From an uncultured Gemmatimonadales bacterium (GTDB lineage Bacteria > Gemmatimonadota > Gemmatimonadetes > Longimicrobiales > Longimicrobiaceae), in assembly GCA_963716255.1 (NCBI GenBank), contig OY970303.1, positions 4,096,001-4,160,000 on the forward strand: 64,000 bases of DNA, read 5' to 3'. Both the position numbers and the translations under genes were made by a program. Under the pieces are notes generated by a model. That model saw only the letters and a program-made list of their open reading frames with translations. It had not been told where the DNA came from and ran no database searches. Positions 50,448 through 59,659 of the stretch are shown in pieces (position 1 is the first letter of the stretch; every line of letters begins with the position of its first letter).

Positions 50448-51208
50448 CCCGGCGGGGGCGGTGGATCGTGGCCGGGATCGCCCTGGCGGTGGCGGTGCTG
50501 GCGCTGGGGATCCGCGCGCTGCGCGGCTCGGCGCTGGCGGGGGAGGGCGCCCCCGGCGTGGAGGACCTGCCGCTGGTGGAGCTGCCCGCCCGCGGGGTGC
50601 CCATCCGCCCGGCCGGCGGGCTCATGGCGGTGGTGGTGAGCGGCGACGGCGGCTGGGTGGGGGTGAGCCGCTCGCTGGGGGGCGCGCTGGCGCGGCAGGG
50701 AATCCCCACGGTGGGGTGGAACAGCCTGCGCTACTTCCGCACCCCCCGCACTCCGCAGGAGGCGGCGGAGGACCTGCAGCGCGTGGTGGACACCTACGGG
50801 ACCGCCTGGGGTCGCCCGCGGGTGCTCCTGGTGGGGTACTCGTTCGGCGCGGACGCGCTTCCCTTCCTGGTGGCGCGCCTCCCCGCCGAGGTGCGCGCGC
50901 GCGTCGCGGGGATCGCCCTGGTGGCGCTGGGGCGCGACGCGGCCTTCGAGTTCCACTTCCGCGACTGGATCTCGCGCGAGACCACGCCGTTCCGGGTGGT
51001 GCCGGAGGTGCGGCGGCTGCGCGGGGCGCCGCTGCTGTGCGTGTACGGCGCCCGCGACCAGGAGACCAAGGTGGCGTGCCCGCTGCTGCGCGACACGGGC
51101 GCGCGCATCGTGAGGCTCCCGGGCGGCCACTACTTCCGCGACGCGCAGGACCGGGTGGACCGCACCGTGCTGGACTTCGCCGCGTCGCTGGAGAGGAAGG
51201 AGCCATGA
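50444..51208 (+). CDS. AcvB/VirJ family lysyl-PG hydrolase
   Basis: SGDGGW, SLRYF, GYSFGAD and LPGGHYF motifs; overlaps the mprF stop. Confidence 0.88.
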   Translation: MTRRGRWIVAGIALAVAVLALGIRALRGSALAGEGAPGVEDLPLVELPARGVPIRPAGGLMAVVVSGDGGWVGVSRSLGGALARQGIPTVGWNSLRYFRTPRTPQEAAEDLQRVVDTYGTAWGRPRVLLVGYSFGADALPFLVARLPAEVRARVAGIALVALGRDAAFEFHFRDWISRETTPFRVVPEVRRLRGAPLLCVYGARDQETKVACPLLRDTGARIVRLPGGHYFRDAQDRVDRTVLDFAASLERKEP

Positions 51209-51987
51209 GCGGGGAAGACCGCGAGGTCGAGGCCAAGCTGATCGTGGTGTCGGAGCGCCCGCGCGAGGTGGTGCGGCGCCTGGCGGCGCTGGACGCGCTG
51301 GCCGGCCGGCGCCTGGAGGACCGCGGCGAGCTGCGGCTGCGCGACGTGTACTGGGACACGGAGGAGCGCGCGCTGCTCCGCGCCCGGTGCGCGCTGCGGC
51401 TGCGCCACGAGGGCGGCGGGGTGCGCGTCACCCTCAAGGCGGAGGGGCGCGAGGTGCGGCCGGGCACGGCCGACCGCATGGAGATCGAGCTCCCCTGGTC
51501 GCCGGAGGCGCTGGAGCGGGTGGCCGCCGCGCTGGAGGGGCTCGGGGTGCGCCTGCCCCGTCCGCCGGGTGCGGAGGGTGGAGCGGAGCGGGTGCTGGCG
51601 GCGATGGGGCTTCGCGTGGTGCAGGACCGGGTCACCCACCGCCGGGTGCGCGACGTGCTCCGCCCGGGACCGGCGGGGGGCGCGCCGCTCGCCGAGCTGG
51701 TGGTGGACTCGGTGGGGTACGGCGGCGGGACGCGCGAGGCGTGGCACCACGAGGTGGAGGTGGAGGCGCGCGGCGGCGAGGGCGAGCGGGTGCTGGAGGA
51801 GCTGGCCGGCGCCCTGGCGGCCCTGTTCCCCGGCGAGCTGCGCCCCTGGTCCCACAGCAAGCAGGCCACGGGCGCGGCGGTGGAGGCGCTGCTCGCGGGC
51901 GGGGATGCGGACGGGCTGGTGGGCGCGGAGGGCGACCTGGCGCCGGCCGCGTACGGGCGGATCGACGGGTACCTTGCGCGCGGGTGA
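51205..51987 (+). CDS. CYTH domain protein
   Basis: REVEAKL, DVYWDT, ALRLR, TLK, EVEVE and SK motifs. Confidence 0.82.
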   Translation: MSGEDREVEAKLIVVSERPREVVRRLAALDALAGRRLEDRGELRLRDVYWDTEERALLRARCALRLRHEGGGVRVTLKAEGREVRPGTADRMEIELPWSPEALERVAAALEGLGVRLPRPPGAEGGAERVLAAMGLRVVQDRVTHRRVRDVLRPGPAGGAPLAELVVDSVGYGGGTREAWHHEVEVEARGGEGERVLEELAGALAALFPGELRPWSHSKQATGAAVEALLAGGDADGLVGAEGDLAPAAYGRIDGYLARG

Positions 51988-52585
51988 GGCGGCGCTGCTC
52001 GCCGCGGGGCTCGCCGGCGCGGCCGTGCTGGTCGGGATGGGCCCCTTCCTGGACCGGCGCCGCCTCCCCGCCGCCCCCGCCGACGCGGCGCTGGTCTTCG
52101 GGGCGAGCACGGAGTGGAAGGCGCGCGCCCGCTGGGCCACCGCGGCGGAGCTGTACCACGCCGGCGTCGTGCGGCACGTGGTGGTCAGCGGCGGCGTCGT
52201 GGTGCCCGGGCTGGGGATCAGCGAGGCCGAGTGGCTGCGCCGCGGCCTGGTGGCGGCGGGGGTCCCCGGCGAGCGCATCCTGCTGGAGGAGCGCGCCACC
52301 CACACCGGCGAGAACGCCGCCTTCGCCCTGCCCATCCTCCGGGCGCACGGCTTCCGCTCCGTCGTGCTGGTCATGTCCGACTTCGAGGGGATCCGCGCGC
52401 ACCTCACCGCCCGGAAGGCGTGGCGCGGCTACCCGGTGCGCATCTACGACCGGCACGCGCCCTCCCCCGGGCACTGGGGCCGCCGGACGTGGTGGCTCAC
52501 CCGCGAGGGGCGCCGCTGGACGCGGTACACGGTCACGCGCCTGTTCCGCTACCGGCTCCTCCCCTACCTCTGGCTCCGCCCGTGA
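51974..52585 (+). CDS. YdcF/DUF218 family protein
   Basis: ALVFGA, VVSGG, SEAE and EERATHTGENA motifs; start uncertain. Confidence 0.8.
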   Translation: MRAGEAALLAAGLAGAAVLVGMGPFLDRRRLPAAPADAALVFGASTEWKARARWATAAELYHAGVVRHVVVSGGVVVPGLGISEAEWLRRGLVAAGVPGERILLEERATHTGENAAFALPILRAHGFRSVVLVMSDFEGIRAHLTARKAWRGYPVRIYDRHAPSPGHWGRRTWWLTREGRRWTRYTVTRLFRYRLLPYLWLRP

Positions 52586-52673
52586 CGTGCCGGCGGACCG
52601 CCCGTCCGCTAGATTGCGTCCACCCGCCGGGCCGCCGGCGGACGGGTTCCGTTCTCCTCCCGCCCCGCGCCCT

Positions 52674-53213
52674 ATGCTCGCCGACCTCCTCGACCTGTTC
52701 GCCTACAACCGCTGGGCGACCGCGCGCACGCTGGACGCCGCGGAGCTGCTGACCGACGAGCAGCTCACGCGCGACCTGGGCGGCAGCTTCCCGTCCGTGC
52801 GCGACACGCTGGCCCACGTCATCGCCGCCGAGTGGATCTGGCTGTCGCGCTGGCAGGGGGATCCGCCGGGGACCGCGCCGGACCTGTCCGGCTGCACGGA
52901 GGCGCGGGCGCTGCGCGAGCGCTGGCAGGTGCTCGCGGGAGCGCAGTCCGCCTACCTCGCCGGGCTCACCGCGGCCGCGCTCCAGCACCCGGTCTCCATC
53001 ATCACGCGCACCGGCATCCACGCCGAGCTGCCGCTGCACGAGACGCTGCGGCACGTGGTCAACCACGCCACCTACCACCGCGGCCAGGTGGCCACGATGC
53101 TGCGCCGGCTGGGCGCGGATCCCGTGGCGACCGACCTGTTCCTGTACTACGCCGCCCGCCCCGCGGCGCCGGAAGCGGCGGACGAGCTGCCGGTCCCTCC
53201 GCGGGCCGGGTGA
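52674..53213 (+). CDS. DinB family protein
   Basis: YNRWA, SVRDTLAH and HVVNHATYHRGQ motifs. Confidence 0.9.
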   Translation: MLADLLDLFAYNRWATARTLDAAELLTDEQLTRDLGGSFPSVRDTLAHVIAAEWIWLSRWQGDPPGTAPDLSGCTEARALRERWQVLAGAQSAYLAGLTAAALQHPVSIITRTGIHAELPLHETLRHVVNHATYHRGQVATMLRRLGADPVATDLFLYYAARPAAPEAADELPVPPRAG

Positions 53214-53220
53214 CGGGGCG

Positions 53221-53637
53221 ATGGAGCACGCTCCCGTCCTGACCGTCGTGGGCCACGTGGAGTCGCCGCTGGCGGACCCGGCGCTCGCCCCGAAGCAGGG
53301 GAGCGAGGGCGCCCCCGACGCGTGGCTGGTGTTCCGCCCCGCCTTCCGCGATGCCCTCGCCGACCTGCGCGAGGGCGACGAGGTGCTGGTCCTCACCTGG
53401 CTGCACCGCGCGGACCGCGCGGCGCTCCGCGTGCACCCCCGCGACGACCTGTCACGCGCCCCCCTGGGCGTGTTCAGCACGCGCTCCGCCGACCGCCCCA
53501 ACCCCATCGGCCTGCACCGGGCGCGGATCGTGGAGGTAGAGGACGGCCTACGGCTGCTCGTGCGCCCGCTGGAGGCGGTGCACGGCACGCCGGTCGTGGA
53601 CGTGAAGCCCGTGTTGCGCCCCGCGAGCGAGGAGTGA
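53221..53637 (+). CDS. TsaA/TrmO-like tRNA methyltransferase domain protein
   Basis: GVFSTRSADRPNPIGL and GTPVVDVKP motifs. Confidence 0.88.
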   Translation: MEHAPVLTVVGHVESPLADPALAPKQGSEGAPDAWLVFRPAFRDALADLREGDEVLVLTWLHRADRAALRVHPRDDLSRAPLGVFSTRSADRPNPIGLHRARIVEVEDGLRLLVRPLEAVHGTPVVDVKPVLRPASEE

Positions 53638-53673
53638 TCGGAAGCCGTCGGTGCGGACGCCAGCGCGAGCCCC

Positions 53674-53821
53674 GCGTGAGGGATTCCGGCCCGGAGGGGC
53701 GAGACCCGGCGGCACCTCAGTTCAGAGGTGCTGGCCGGGGCTCGACTCCGTTGCAGACGGTCGTATCGTCTGCTACGGAGCCGAAGCCCGACCCCGGCGC
53801 AGCCGGGGGCACGCCCGCACC
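53674..53821 (+). repeat. Structured intergenic element, copy 9 (extended stem A)
   Basis: Consensus with an inserted hairpin GCACCTC-AGTTCA-GAGGTGC. Confidence 0.93.
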
Positions 53822-53934
53822 TGCCGTCCAAAGCCGTTGCAGTTACGAATCTACCGTGACCACCAGACCGTAGAGCGTAAGTCGGGACCGGTCGCACTCC
53901 GCGCGGCTCCGCATCCACGTACGTCCATCGAGCC

Positions 53935-54756
53935 ATGGAACCCGTCCAGAGCACCCTCCCGTATCAGGTCGTCGAGACCATCACCCGCGGCGGCACCACC
54001 TTCGAACTGCTGGAGTACGGCCCGCTCGCCGGGAGCGAGCCGTTCACCGTGGCCGAGCGCGTGTTCACGCTCAACCGCGCGGGCGTGCGCCTGCGCCAGC
54101 TCCGCGTGCGTCTGACCGACGACGCCGTCCGCACCGAGCCCGGCGCACTCCAGTTCCTCAAGGGCCGCATCGAGATGGAAAGCAACACCGGCACCGGCGG
54201 CGGCCTGGGCGGGCTGATGAAGGGCGCGCTCGCCGCCGCACGCACCGGGGAAACACTCTTCAAGCCGCTCTACCGCGGCGCCGGCGAGCTGTACCTGGAG
54301 CCCACCTTCGGGCACTTCTGGATGATGCAGCTGGAGAACCAGACGCTCTTCGCCGACCAGGGCCTCTTCTTCTGCTGCGAGGACTCGGTGAAGGTGGAGG
54401 CGCACAAGGTGGAGAGCTTTTCGGCGCGCATGGCCGGCGGCGAGGGGCGCTACCAGACCAAGGTGAGCGGCACCGGCATGGTGGTGTTCCGCATCCCCGT
54501 GCCGCGCAGCGAGATCGTGGAGCTCGCCCTGCAGGACGAGACGCTCCAGGTCGACGGATCCTTCGCCCTCCTCCGCACCGGCGAGGTGAGGTTCAGCGTG
54601 GAAAAGGCGTCGTCCTCGTACGTGGGCGCCATCACCAGCGGCGAGGGGCTGCTCCAGACCTTCCGCGGCACCGGGTCCGTGTGGGTGGCGCCCACGCAGC
54701 CGCTGTACGAGAGCATGCGCACCGGGGTGGGGGCGTCTGCCGGGACGACCGCTTGA
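53935..54756 (+). CDS. AIM24 family protein
   Basis: TGETLFKPLYRGAGELYLEP and SGEGLLQTFRGTGSVW motifs. Confidence 0.8.
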   Translation: MEPVQSTLPYQVVETITRGGTTFELLEYGPLAGSEPFTVAERVFTLNRAGVRLRQLRVRLTDDAVRTEPGALQFLKGRIEMESNTGTGGGLGGLMKGALAAARTGETLFKPLYRGAGELYLEPTFGHFWMMQLENQTLFADQGLFFCCEDSVKVEAHKVESFSARMAGGEGRYQTKVSGTGMVVFRIPVPRSEIVELALQDETLQVDGSFALLRTGEVRFSVEKASSSYVGAITSGEGLLQTFRGTGSVWVAPTQPLYESMRTGVGASAGTTA

Positions 54757-54774
54757 AGACTTGTGAAGGGCGGG

Positions 54775-54907
54775 ACTTGGGCGTGCCCCCGGCTGGCGCC
54801 GGGGTCGGGCTTCGGCTCCGTAACGCAGCAAACAACGCTGCGTAACGGAGTCGAGCCCCGCGAAACTGCCCGCGGGTCTCGCCCCTTCGGGCCGAAATCC
54901 CTCACGC
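54775..54907 (-). repeat. Structured intergenic element, copy 10
   Basis: Reverse-complement match; near-identical to copy 2. Confidence 0.95.
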
Positions 54908-54931
54908 GGGGCGTCGCGCTGGCGTCCGCGG

Positions 54932-55094
54932 GGCCCCCACTCCGGCGCTGCGCGCCACCCCACCCCCGCGAGCGGGGGAGGGGACGACTGCACGGAGTCC
55001 AGCCGTTGCCCCCTCTCCCGGAATGGCGCTTCACGCTTCGCGTGAACCGGATGAAGGGAGAGGGTGGCGGCTCTGAGGCCGCCGGGTGAGGGCC
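54932..55094. repeat. Two inverted satellite module C copies (one long form)
   Basis: Shares a 47-nt identical block with 21411-21457. Confidence 0.82.
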
Positions 55095-55211
55095 GCCGTT
55101 GCGGGCGGTTCCCTGTTCCCTAATTCTCTCGCGGCAAACGTCTTGCGGAACGGATGCCCCGGTGCGCCGAACGGCGCGCCGGGGCGCTCTCGTTCAACCG
55201 GACGCACGACC

Positions 55212-55502
55212 ATGTCGCGAGCCTTCGTGAAGGAAGACGCCGGGGAGCACGTGCCGCCGGGGCTGTTCGGGCTCCCGCCGCGGGACGATCCCGGCTTCGA
55301 CGCGGCGGCGGCGCGGGCGCTCATCGAGGCGGCGCGCGACGCCAACACGCCCAGCGCCGAGTCCGCCACCGGCTACCGCTGGGGCGAGCCGCGGCTGCAC
55401 CGGCACGTCAAGCGGCTGCTGAAGCAGGCCGAAGCGCTCCCCGAGGAGGAGAAGGACCTGCGCTACATCCGCGTGGCGCGGCGCTTCCTGGCCGTGGGGT
55501 AG
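55212..55502 (+). CDS. Small hypothetical protein
   Basis: 96-aa ORF beginning MSRAFVKED; normal amino-acid composition. Confidence 0.65.
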   Translation: MSRAFVKEDAGEHVPPGLFGLPPRDDPGFDAAAARALIEAARDANTPSAESATGYRWGEPRLHRHVKRLLKQAEALPEEEKDLRYIRVARRFLAVG

Positions 55503-55571
55503 GTGCCGGGTGCGTGGCGGGATAGATTCAGCCGCGGCCGGGAGCGGCGTGGGACAGAGGAACGAACGAGG

Positions 55572-56225
55572 ATGCAGATGGACGACGTGATCATCCCCCG
55601 CGAGGAAGTCGCGAGCGCGCTCACGCACGGGCTGGGGGCGCTCGCCAGCGTCGCGGGCGGCGCGGTGCTGGTGACGCTGGCGGCGGTCTTCGGCGACGCG
55701 TGGCAGGTGGTGGGCGCGTCCGTGTTCTGCGCGTCGCTGGTGCTGCTGTACACCGCGTCCACCCTGTACCACGCCGTGTGGCACCGGGTCGCCCGGCCGC
55801 GGCTCCAGGTGTTCGACCACTGCGCCATCTACGTGCTCATCGCCGGCACCTACACACCGTTCACGCTGGTGGGGCTGCGTGGCGGCTGGGGGTGGTCGCT
55901 GTTCGGCGTGGTGTGGGGGCTGGCCGCGGCGGGGGTGGTGTTCAAGCTGTTCTGCACCGGCCGGTTCCGGCGCCTCTCCACCTTCATCTACCTGGGGATG
56001 GGGTGGATGGCCGTGGTGGCGACCGGTCCCATGCTGAGCGCCGTTCCCGTTTCCGCGCTCCTCTGGCTGGTGGCCGGTGGGCTCAGCTACACGGCGGGCA
56101 CCTACTTCTACCTGAACCGCCGCATCCCCTACGCGCACGCCATCTGGCACCTGTTCGTGCTGGGCGGCAGCGTGTGCCACTTCGTCGCCGTCCTGTCGCA
56201 GGTGCTTCCGTCGTCCGCCAGTTGA
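55572..56225 (+). CDS. Hemolysin III / PAQR family membrane protein
   Basis: EEVASALTHG, STLYH, DHCAIYVLIAGTYTPF and HAIWHLFVL motifs. Confidence 0.93.
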   Translation: MQMDDVIIPREEVASALTHGLGALASVAGGAVLVTLAAVFGDAWQVVGASVFCASLVLLYTASTLYHAVWHRVARPRLQVFDHCAIYVLIAGTYTPFTLVGLRGGWGWSLFGVVWGLAAAGVVFKLFCTGRFRRLSTFIYLGMGWMAVVATGPMLSAVPVSALLWLVAGGLSYTAGTYFYLNRRIPYAHAIWHLFVLGGSVCHFVAVLSQVLPSSAS

Positions 56226-56230
56226 ACGGC

Positions 56231-56364
56231 GGATTTGGGCGTGCCCCCGGCTGCGCCGGGGTCGGGCTTCGGCTCCGTAACGCACGAAACTACCGTGCGT
56301 AACGGAGGCGAGCCCCCGCAAACTGCCGCGGGGTCTCGCCCCTTCGGGCCGTAATCCCTCACGC
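56231..56364 (-). repeat. Structured intergenic element, copy 11
   Basis: Reverse-complement match to consensus. Confidence 0.95.
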
Positions 56365-56375
56365 GGCATCACGGC

Positions 56376-56588
56376 TCAGTCCGCGGCCGCGCTGACGCGG
56401 ATCTCCTGGAGGATGCACGGCCGCTCGGCGGTGCCACACTCGTCGCGCCGCGCCGCGGTCTCCACGGCAACGGCTCCGGAGGCGGGCTGCGGCTCCGCCT
56501 TGGCGCCCAGGCCGCCGCCGCAGGCGGTGAGGGAAAGCGCGGCGAGGACAAGGGCGAGACCCGTGCGGGCGGTGCGATGCGAGGTCAT
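56376..56588 (-). CDS. Small putative lipoprotein
   Basis: AAGGAG RBS; signal peptide with LTAC lipobox. Confidence 0.65.
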   Translation of the reverse strand: MTSHRTARTGLALVLAALSLTACGGGLGAKAEPQPASGAVAVETAARRDECGTAERPCILQEIRVSAAAD

Positions 56589-56807
56589 GGTTCTGCTCCT
56601 TCAGGGTACGGTCGGGTGGTGGGGCGGGCGACTCCCGCCCTGCGCCGGACCGCCGGGTCTTCCGGCGTCCGGCTGCGGCCGTCCACAAAGCCAGAGCCGT
56701 ACCCGATTCGCGAAAATCGCAAGCGTTTTCATGGCAATGAATTGTATGAAGTGCGACTTTCGGCGGGGCCGCGGATCCGTCCGGTTGTGGGACGGGGCTC
56801 GCCGATT

Positions 56808-57632
56808 GTGAACAGGCGCGGCGCCGCGACGGCGCGGGGGGGCGTGCCCGCCGGACCGGGCTTCCTGGAGGCGGACGGGAAGCGGCTGGAGTACGCCTGG
56901 CACGGCCCGCCGCCGGACGCGGCGCCCACGCTGGTGTTCCTGCACGAGGGGCTGGGGTGCGTCTCGCTCTGGCGCGACATCCCGGAGCGCCTGGCCGAGG
57001 CCACCGGGTGCGGTGCCCTCGTCTACAGCCGCGCCGGCTACGGGCGCTCGGACCCGGTGCCGCTCCCCCGGCCCGTGCGCTTCATGCACGACGAGGGGCT
57101 GCGGGTGCTCCCGCAGGTGCTGGACGCGGCGGGGGTGCGCGACGCCGTCCTGGTGGGCCACAGCGACGGCGCCTCCATCGCCCTGGTCCACGCCGGGAGC
57201 GGGGCGGCCGGCCGGGTCCGCGCCCTGGTGCTGGAGGCGCCGCACGTGTTCGTGGAGGACGTGTCGGTGCGGAGCATCGCCGCCATGGGCGAGGCGTACC
57301 GCGGCACGGACCTGCGTGCGAAGCTGGCGCGCCACCACGGCGCCAACGTGGACTGCGCCTTCCACGGCTGGAACGGCGTGTGGCTGGACCCGGAGTTCCG
57401 CGCCTGGAGCATCGAGGAGTACCTGCCGCGCGTCGCCGTCCCCGTGCTGGTCGTCCAGGGCGAGGCGGACGAGTACGGCACTTCTGCGCAGGTGGAGGCG
57501 ATCCGTGGTCGGGCCGCGGGGCCCGTGGAGACAGTCCTCATGCCCGGGGTCGGCCACTCGCCGCACCGCGACGCGCCGGAAGCCACGCTGGGGGCCATGG
57601 CGCGGTTCGTGTCCGCCGCCCTGGGGAGCTGA
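56808..57632 (+). CDS. Alpha/beta fold hydrolase
   Basis: FLHEGLG, GHSDGAS, QGEADEYG and GHSPH motifs; start uncertain. Confidence 0.9.
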   Translation: MNRRGAATARGGVPAGPGFLEADGKRLEYAWHGPPPDAAPTLVFLHEGLGCVSLWRDIPERLAEATGCGALVYSRAGYGRSDPVPLPRPVRFMHDEGLRVLPQVLDAAGVRDAVLVGHSDGASIALVHAGSGAAGRVRALVLEAPHVFVEDVSVRSIAAMGEAYRGTDLRAKLARHHGANVDCAFHGWNGVWLDPEFRAWSIEEYLPRVAVPVLVVQGEADEYGTSAQVEAIRGRAAGPVETVLMPGVGHSPHRDAPEATLGAMARFVSAALGS

Positions 57633-57774
57633 GCCGCCCGGGACGGTCCACCGCCGCCGGCCACCCGCCCCACCCGGACCCACAGCCGGAGTGATCCGAT
57701 GTACGACCCGCACGTCTCCGCGTCCGACCCGAAGCCCGGCCGCAGGACCGCTCCGGTCCCCGCCGGAGGCTGAC

Positions 57775-58653
57775 GTGCGCCCGGGGAGCACCACCCGCCG
57801 CGCCGTGGAGGAGGTGGCGCTCCAGGGCGGCGAGGCCGTGCGCCGCCGGCGCCGCGACACCCTCGCCACCGAGGAGCCGCTGGAGATCCGCGTCGCGCGG
57901 GCGGGCGAGGCGGCGCAGCGCGTTTCCGTCACCATGCGCACCCCGGGGTCGGACTTCGAGCTGGCCGCGGGGTTCCTGTTCACCGAGGGCGTCGTGCGAT
58001 CCGCGGGCGAGGTCGCCGGCATCCGCTACTGCGTGGACGCCGACGTGGACGGCGCGCAGCAGTACAACGTCGTCAGCGTCCACCTGGCCCCCGGCGCCCG
58101 CTTCGACCCCGAGCTGCTGCGCCGCAGCTTCTACACGACCTCCAGCTGCGGCGTCTGCGGCAAGGCCTCCATCCAGGCCGTCCGCGGCGACGCGTGCCCC
58201 GTGGCCGGTCCCGGCCCCGCGGTGGACGCGGCGACGCTGCTGTCGCTCCCCGCGCGCCTGCGGGGGGCGCAGGCGCTTTTCGAGCGCACGGGCGGGCTGC
58301 ACGCCGCCGCGCTCTTCACGGCCCGGGGGGAGTTGCTGCGCGCGCGGGAAGACGTGGGGCGCCACAACGCCATGGACAAGCTGGTGGGAGCAGGGCTCCT
58401 GGCGGGGGAACTTCCCTTCGCGGACCGGGTGCTACTCGTCAGCGGGCGCCTGAGCTTCGAGCTGGTGCAGAAGGCGGCGCGCGCGGGGGTCGCGGTGCTC
58501 GCGGGGGTCTCGGCGCCGTCCAGCCTGGCGGTGGAGCTCGCCGGGGAGACGGGGATGACGCTGGTGGGATTCCTGCGGGAGAGCCGCTTCAACGTGTACG
58601 CCGGCGGGGAGCGGATCATCGTCCCCGCGGCCCGGACGAACCGAGAGGGGTGA
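57775..58653 (+). CDS. fdhD: Formate dehydrogenase accessory sulfurtransferase
   Basis: EEPLEI, TMRTPG, SSCGVCGK, TGGLHAAA and EDVGRHNAMDK motifs. Confidence 0.94.
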   Translation: MRPGSTTRRAVEEVALQGGEAVRRRRRDTLATEEPLEIRVARAGEAAQRVSVTMRTPGSDFELAAGFLFTEGVVRSAGEVAGIRYCVDADVDGAQQYNVVSVHLAPGARFDPELLRRSFYTTSSCGVCGKASIQAVRGDACPVAGPGPAVDAATLLSLPARLRGAQALFERTGGLHAAALFTARGELLRAREDVGRHNAMDKLVGAGLLAGELPFADRVLLVSGRLSFELVQKAARAGVAVLAGVSAPSSLAVELAGETGMTLVGFLRESRFNVYAGGERIIVPAARTNREG

Positions 58654-58655
58654 AC

Positions 58656-59336
58656 ATGACGGCTCTGCTCGCGTGGATGGGAGTGGCGGGGATGGTGGTG
58701 GCCGCGTGCGCGTCGCAGCCGCCGCAGGCACAGCCGGCGGACGCGGACGCGGCCGCGCAGGCGGCGCCCTCCGGCGCCGCGGCGGCGCCGGACACGCTCC
58801 GGCGCCCGCCCGAGCGGCCCCTGGACGGCCGTCCCTGGGTGCCCAGGACGGACACCCTGCGGCTCCAGGGCGACGCCGCGCCCCCGGCGGCTCGGGCGCC
58901 CGCGGGGTCCGGCGAATGGATGGCGGGCGCCACGGAGGTGAAGCGCGGCGGGGGGACCACGCTCCGGGCGGTGCGGGCGGCGCGCAACGAGGGGTGGGAC
59001 CGCGTGGTGTTCGAGTTCGACGGCGCGGTGGTCCCCGGCTACCGCGTGGAGTACGTGGACCGGCCGGAGCACTGCGGCTCCGGCGACGCGGTGCAGGTGG
59101 CGGGGCGGGGGCGGCTGGAGGTGCGCATCACCCCGGCGCAGGCGCACACCGCGGCGGGCCAGCCCACCATGGCGCAGCGCCAGATCCGGCTCGCGCTCCC
59201 GGTGCTCAAGGAGATGAAGCAGACCTGCGACTTCGAGGCGGACGTCACCTGGGTGCTCGGCGTCGCGTCGCCCAACCGGTACCGGGTGTCGGAGCTGACC
59301 GGTCCGGCGCGGCTGGTGGTGGACGTGAAGCACTGA
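58656..59336 (+). CDS. Lipoprotein with AMIN-like domain
   Basis: VAAC lipobox; DRVVFEF...PGYRVEY...DFEADVTWVLG...RLVVDV. Confidence 0.7.
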   Translation: MTALLAWMGVAGMVVAACASQPPQAQPADADAAAQAAPSGAAAAPDTLRRPPERPLDGRPWVPRTDTLRLQGDAAPPAARAPAGSGEWMAGATEVKRGGGTTLRAVRAARNEGWDRVVFEFDGAVVPGYRVEYVDRPEHCGSGDAVQVAGRGRLEVRITPAQAHTAAGQPTMAQRQIRLALPVLKEMKQTCDFEADVTWVLGVASPNRYRVSELTGPARLVVDVKH

Positions 59337-59360
59337 CTTTTTCCGGCGGTTGAACTGCTG

Positions 59361-59498
59361 GGGTCGGGCATGACCCCGGCTGGCGCCGGGGTCGGGCTTC
59401 GGCTCCGTAACGCACGAAACAACCGTGCGTAACGGAGTCGAGACCCGGCGGAAACTGCCCCGCCGGGTCTCGCCCCTTCGGGCCGAAATCCCTCATGC
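59361..59498 (-). repeat. Structured intergenic element, copy 12
   Basis: Reverse-complement match with a compensatory GCATG/CATGC closing stem. Confidence 0.93.
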
Positions 59499-59659
59499 AA
59501 CGGCTCGCGAAGGCGCCCGACTGTTCCTGGTCGGGCGCCTTCGCGTCTGCGGCGTCCGCGAGGCGGCGTCCGCGAAACGCGGCGGGCGCGGGCCGCGTAG
59601 GGAGGCCAGGCAGGGCGCCGTCCGGCGCCGTGCGCGAACCCCGCACCCGGGTGGCCTCC

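Noticed and set aside
47697..51208. mprF-acvB/virJ pair as novel
   Set aside because: Well-known lysyl-phosphatidylglycerol synthase/hydrolase pairing
55212..55502. GreA/GreB-like factor because of the MSRAFVKED start
   Set aside because: The rest of the protein lacks recognisable Gre-factor domains; left as hypothetical
40264..58653. modABC, fdhD and the MOSC gene as a molybdoenzyme cluster
   Set aside because: Widely separated, with no molybdoenzyme gene in the window
1389..59498. Repeat copies as integron attC sites
   Set aside because: No integrase, mixed orientations, housekeeping neighbours, and no consistent RYYYAAC/GTTRRRY box pair
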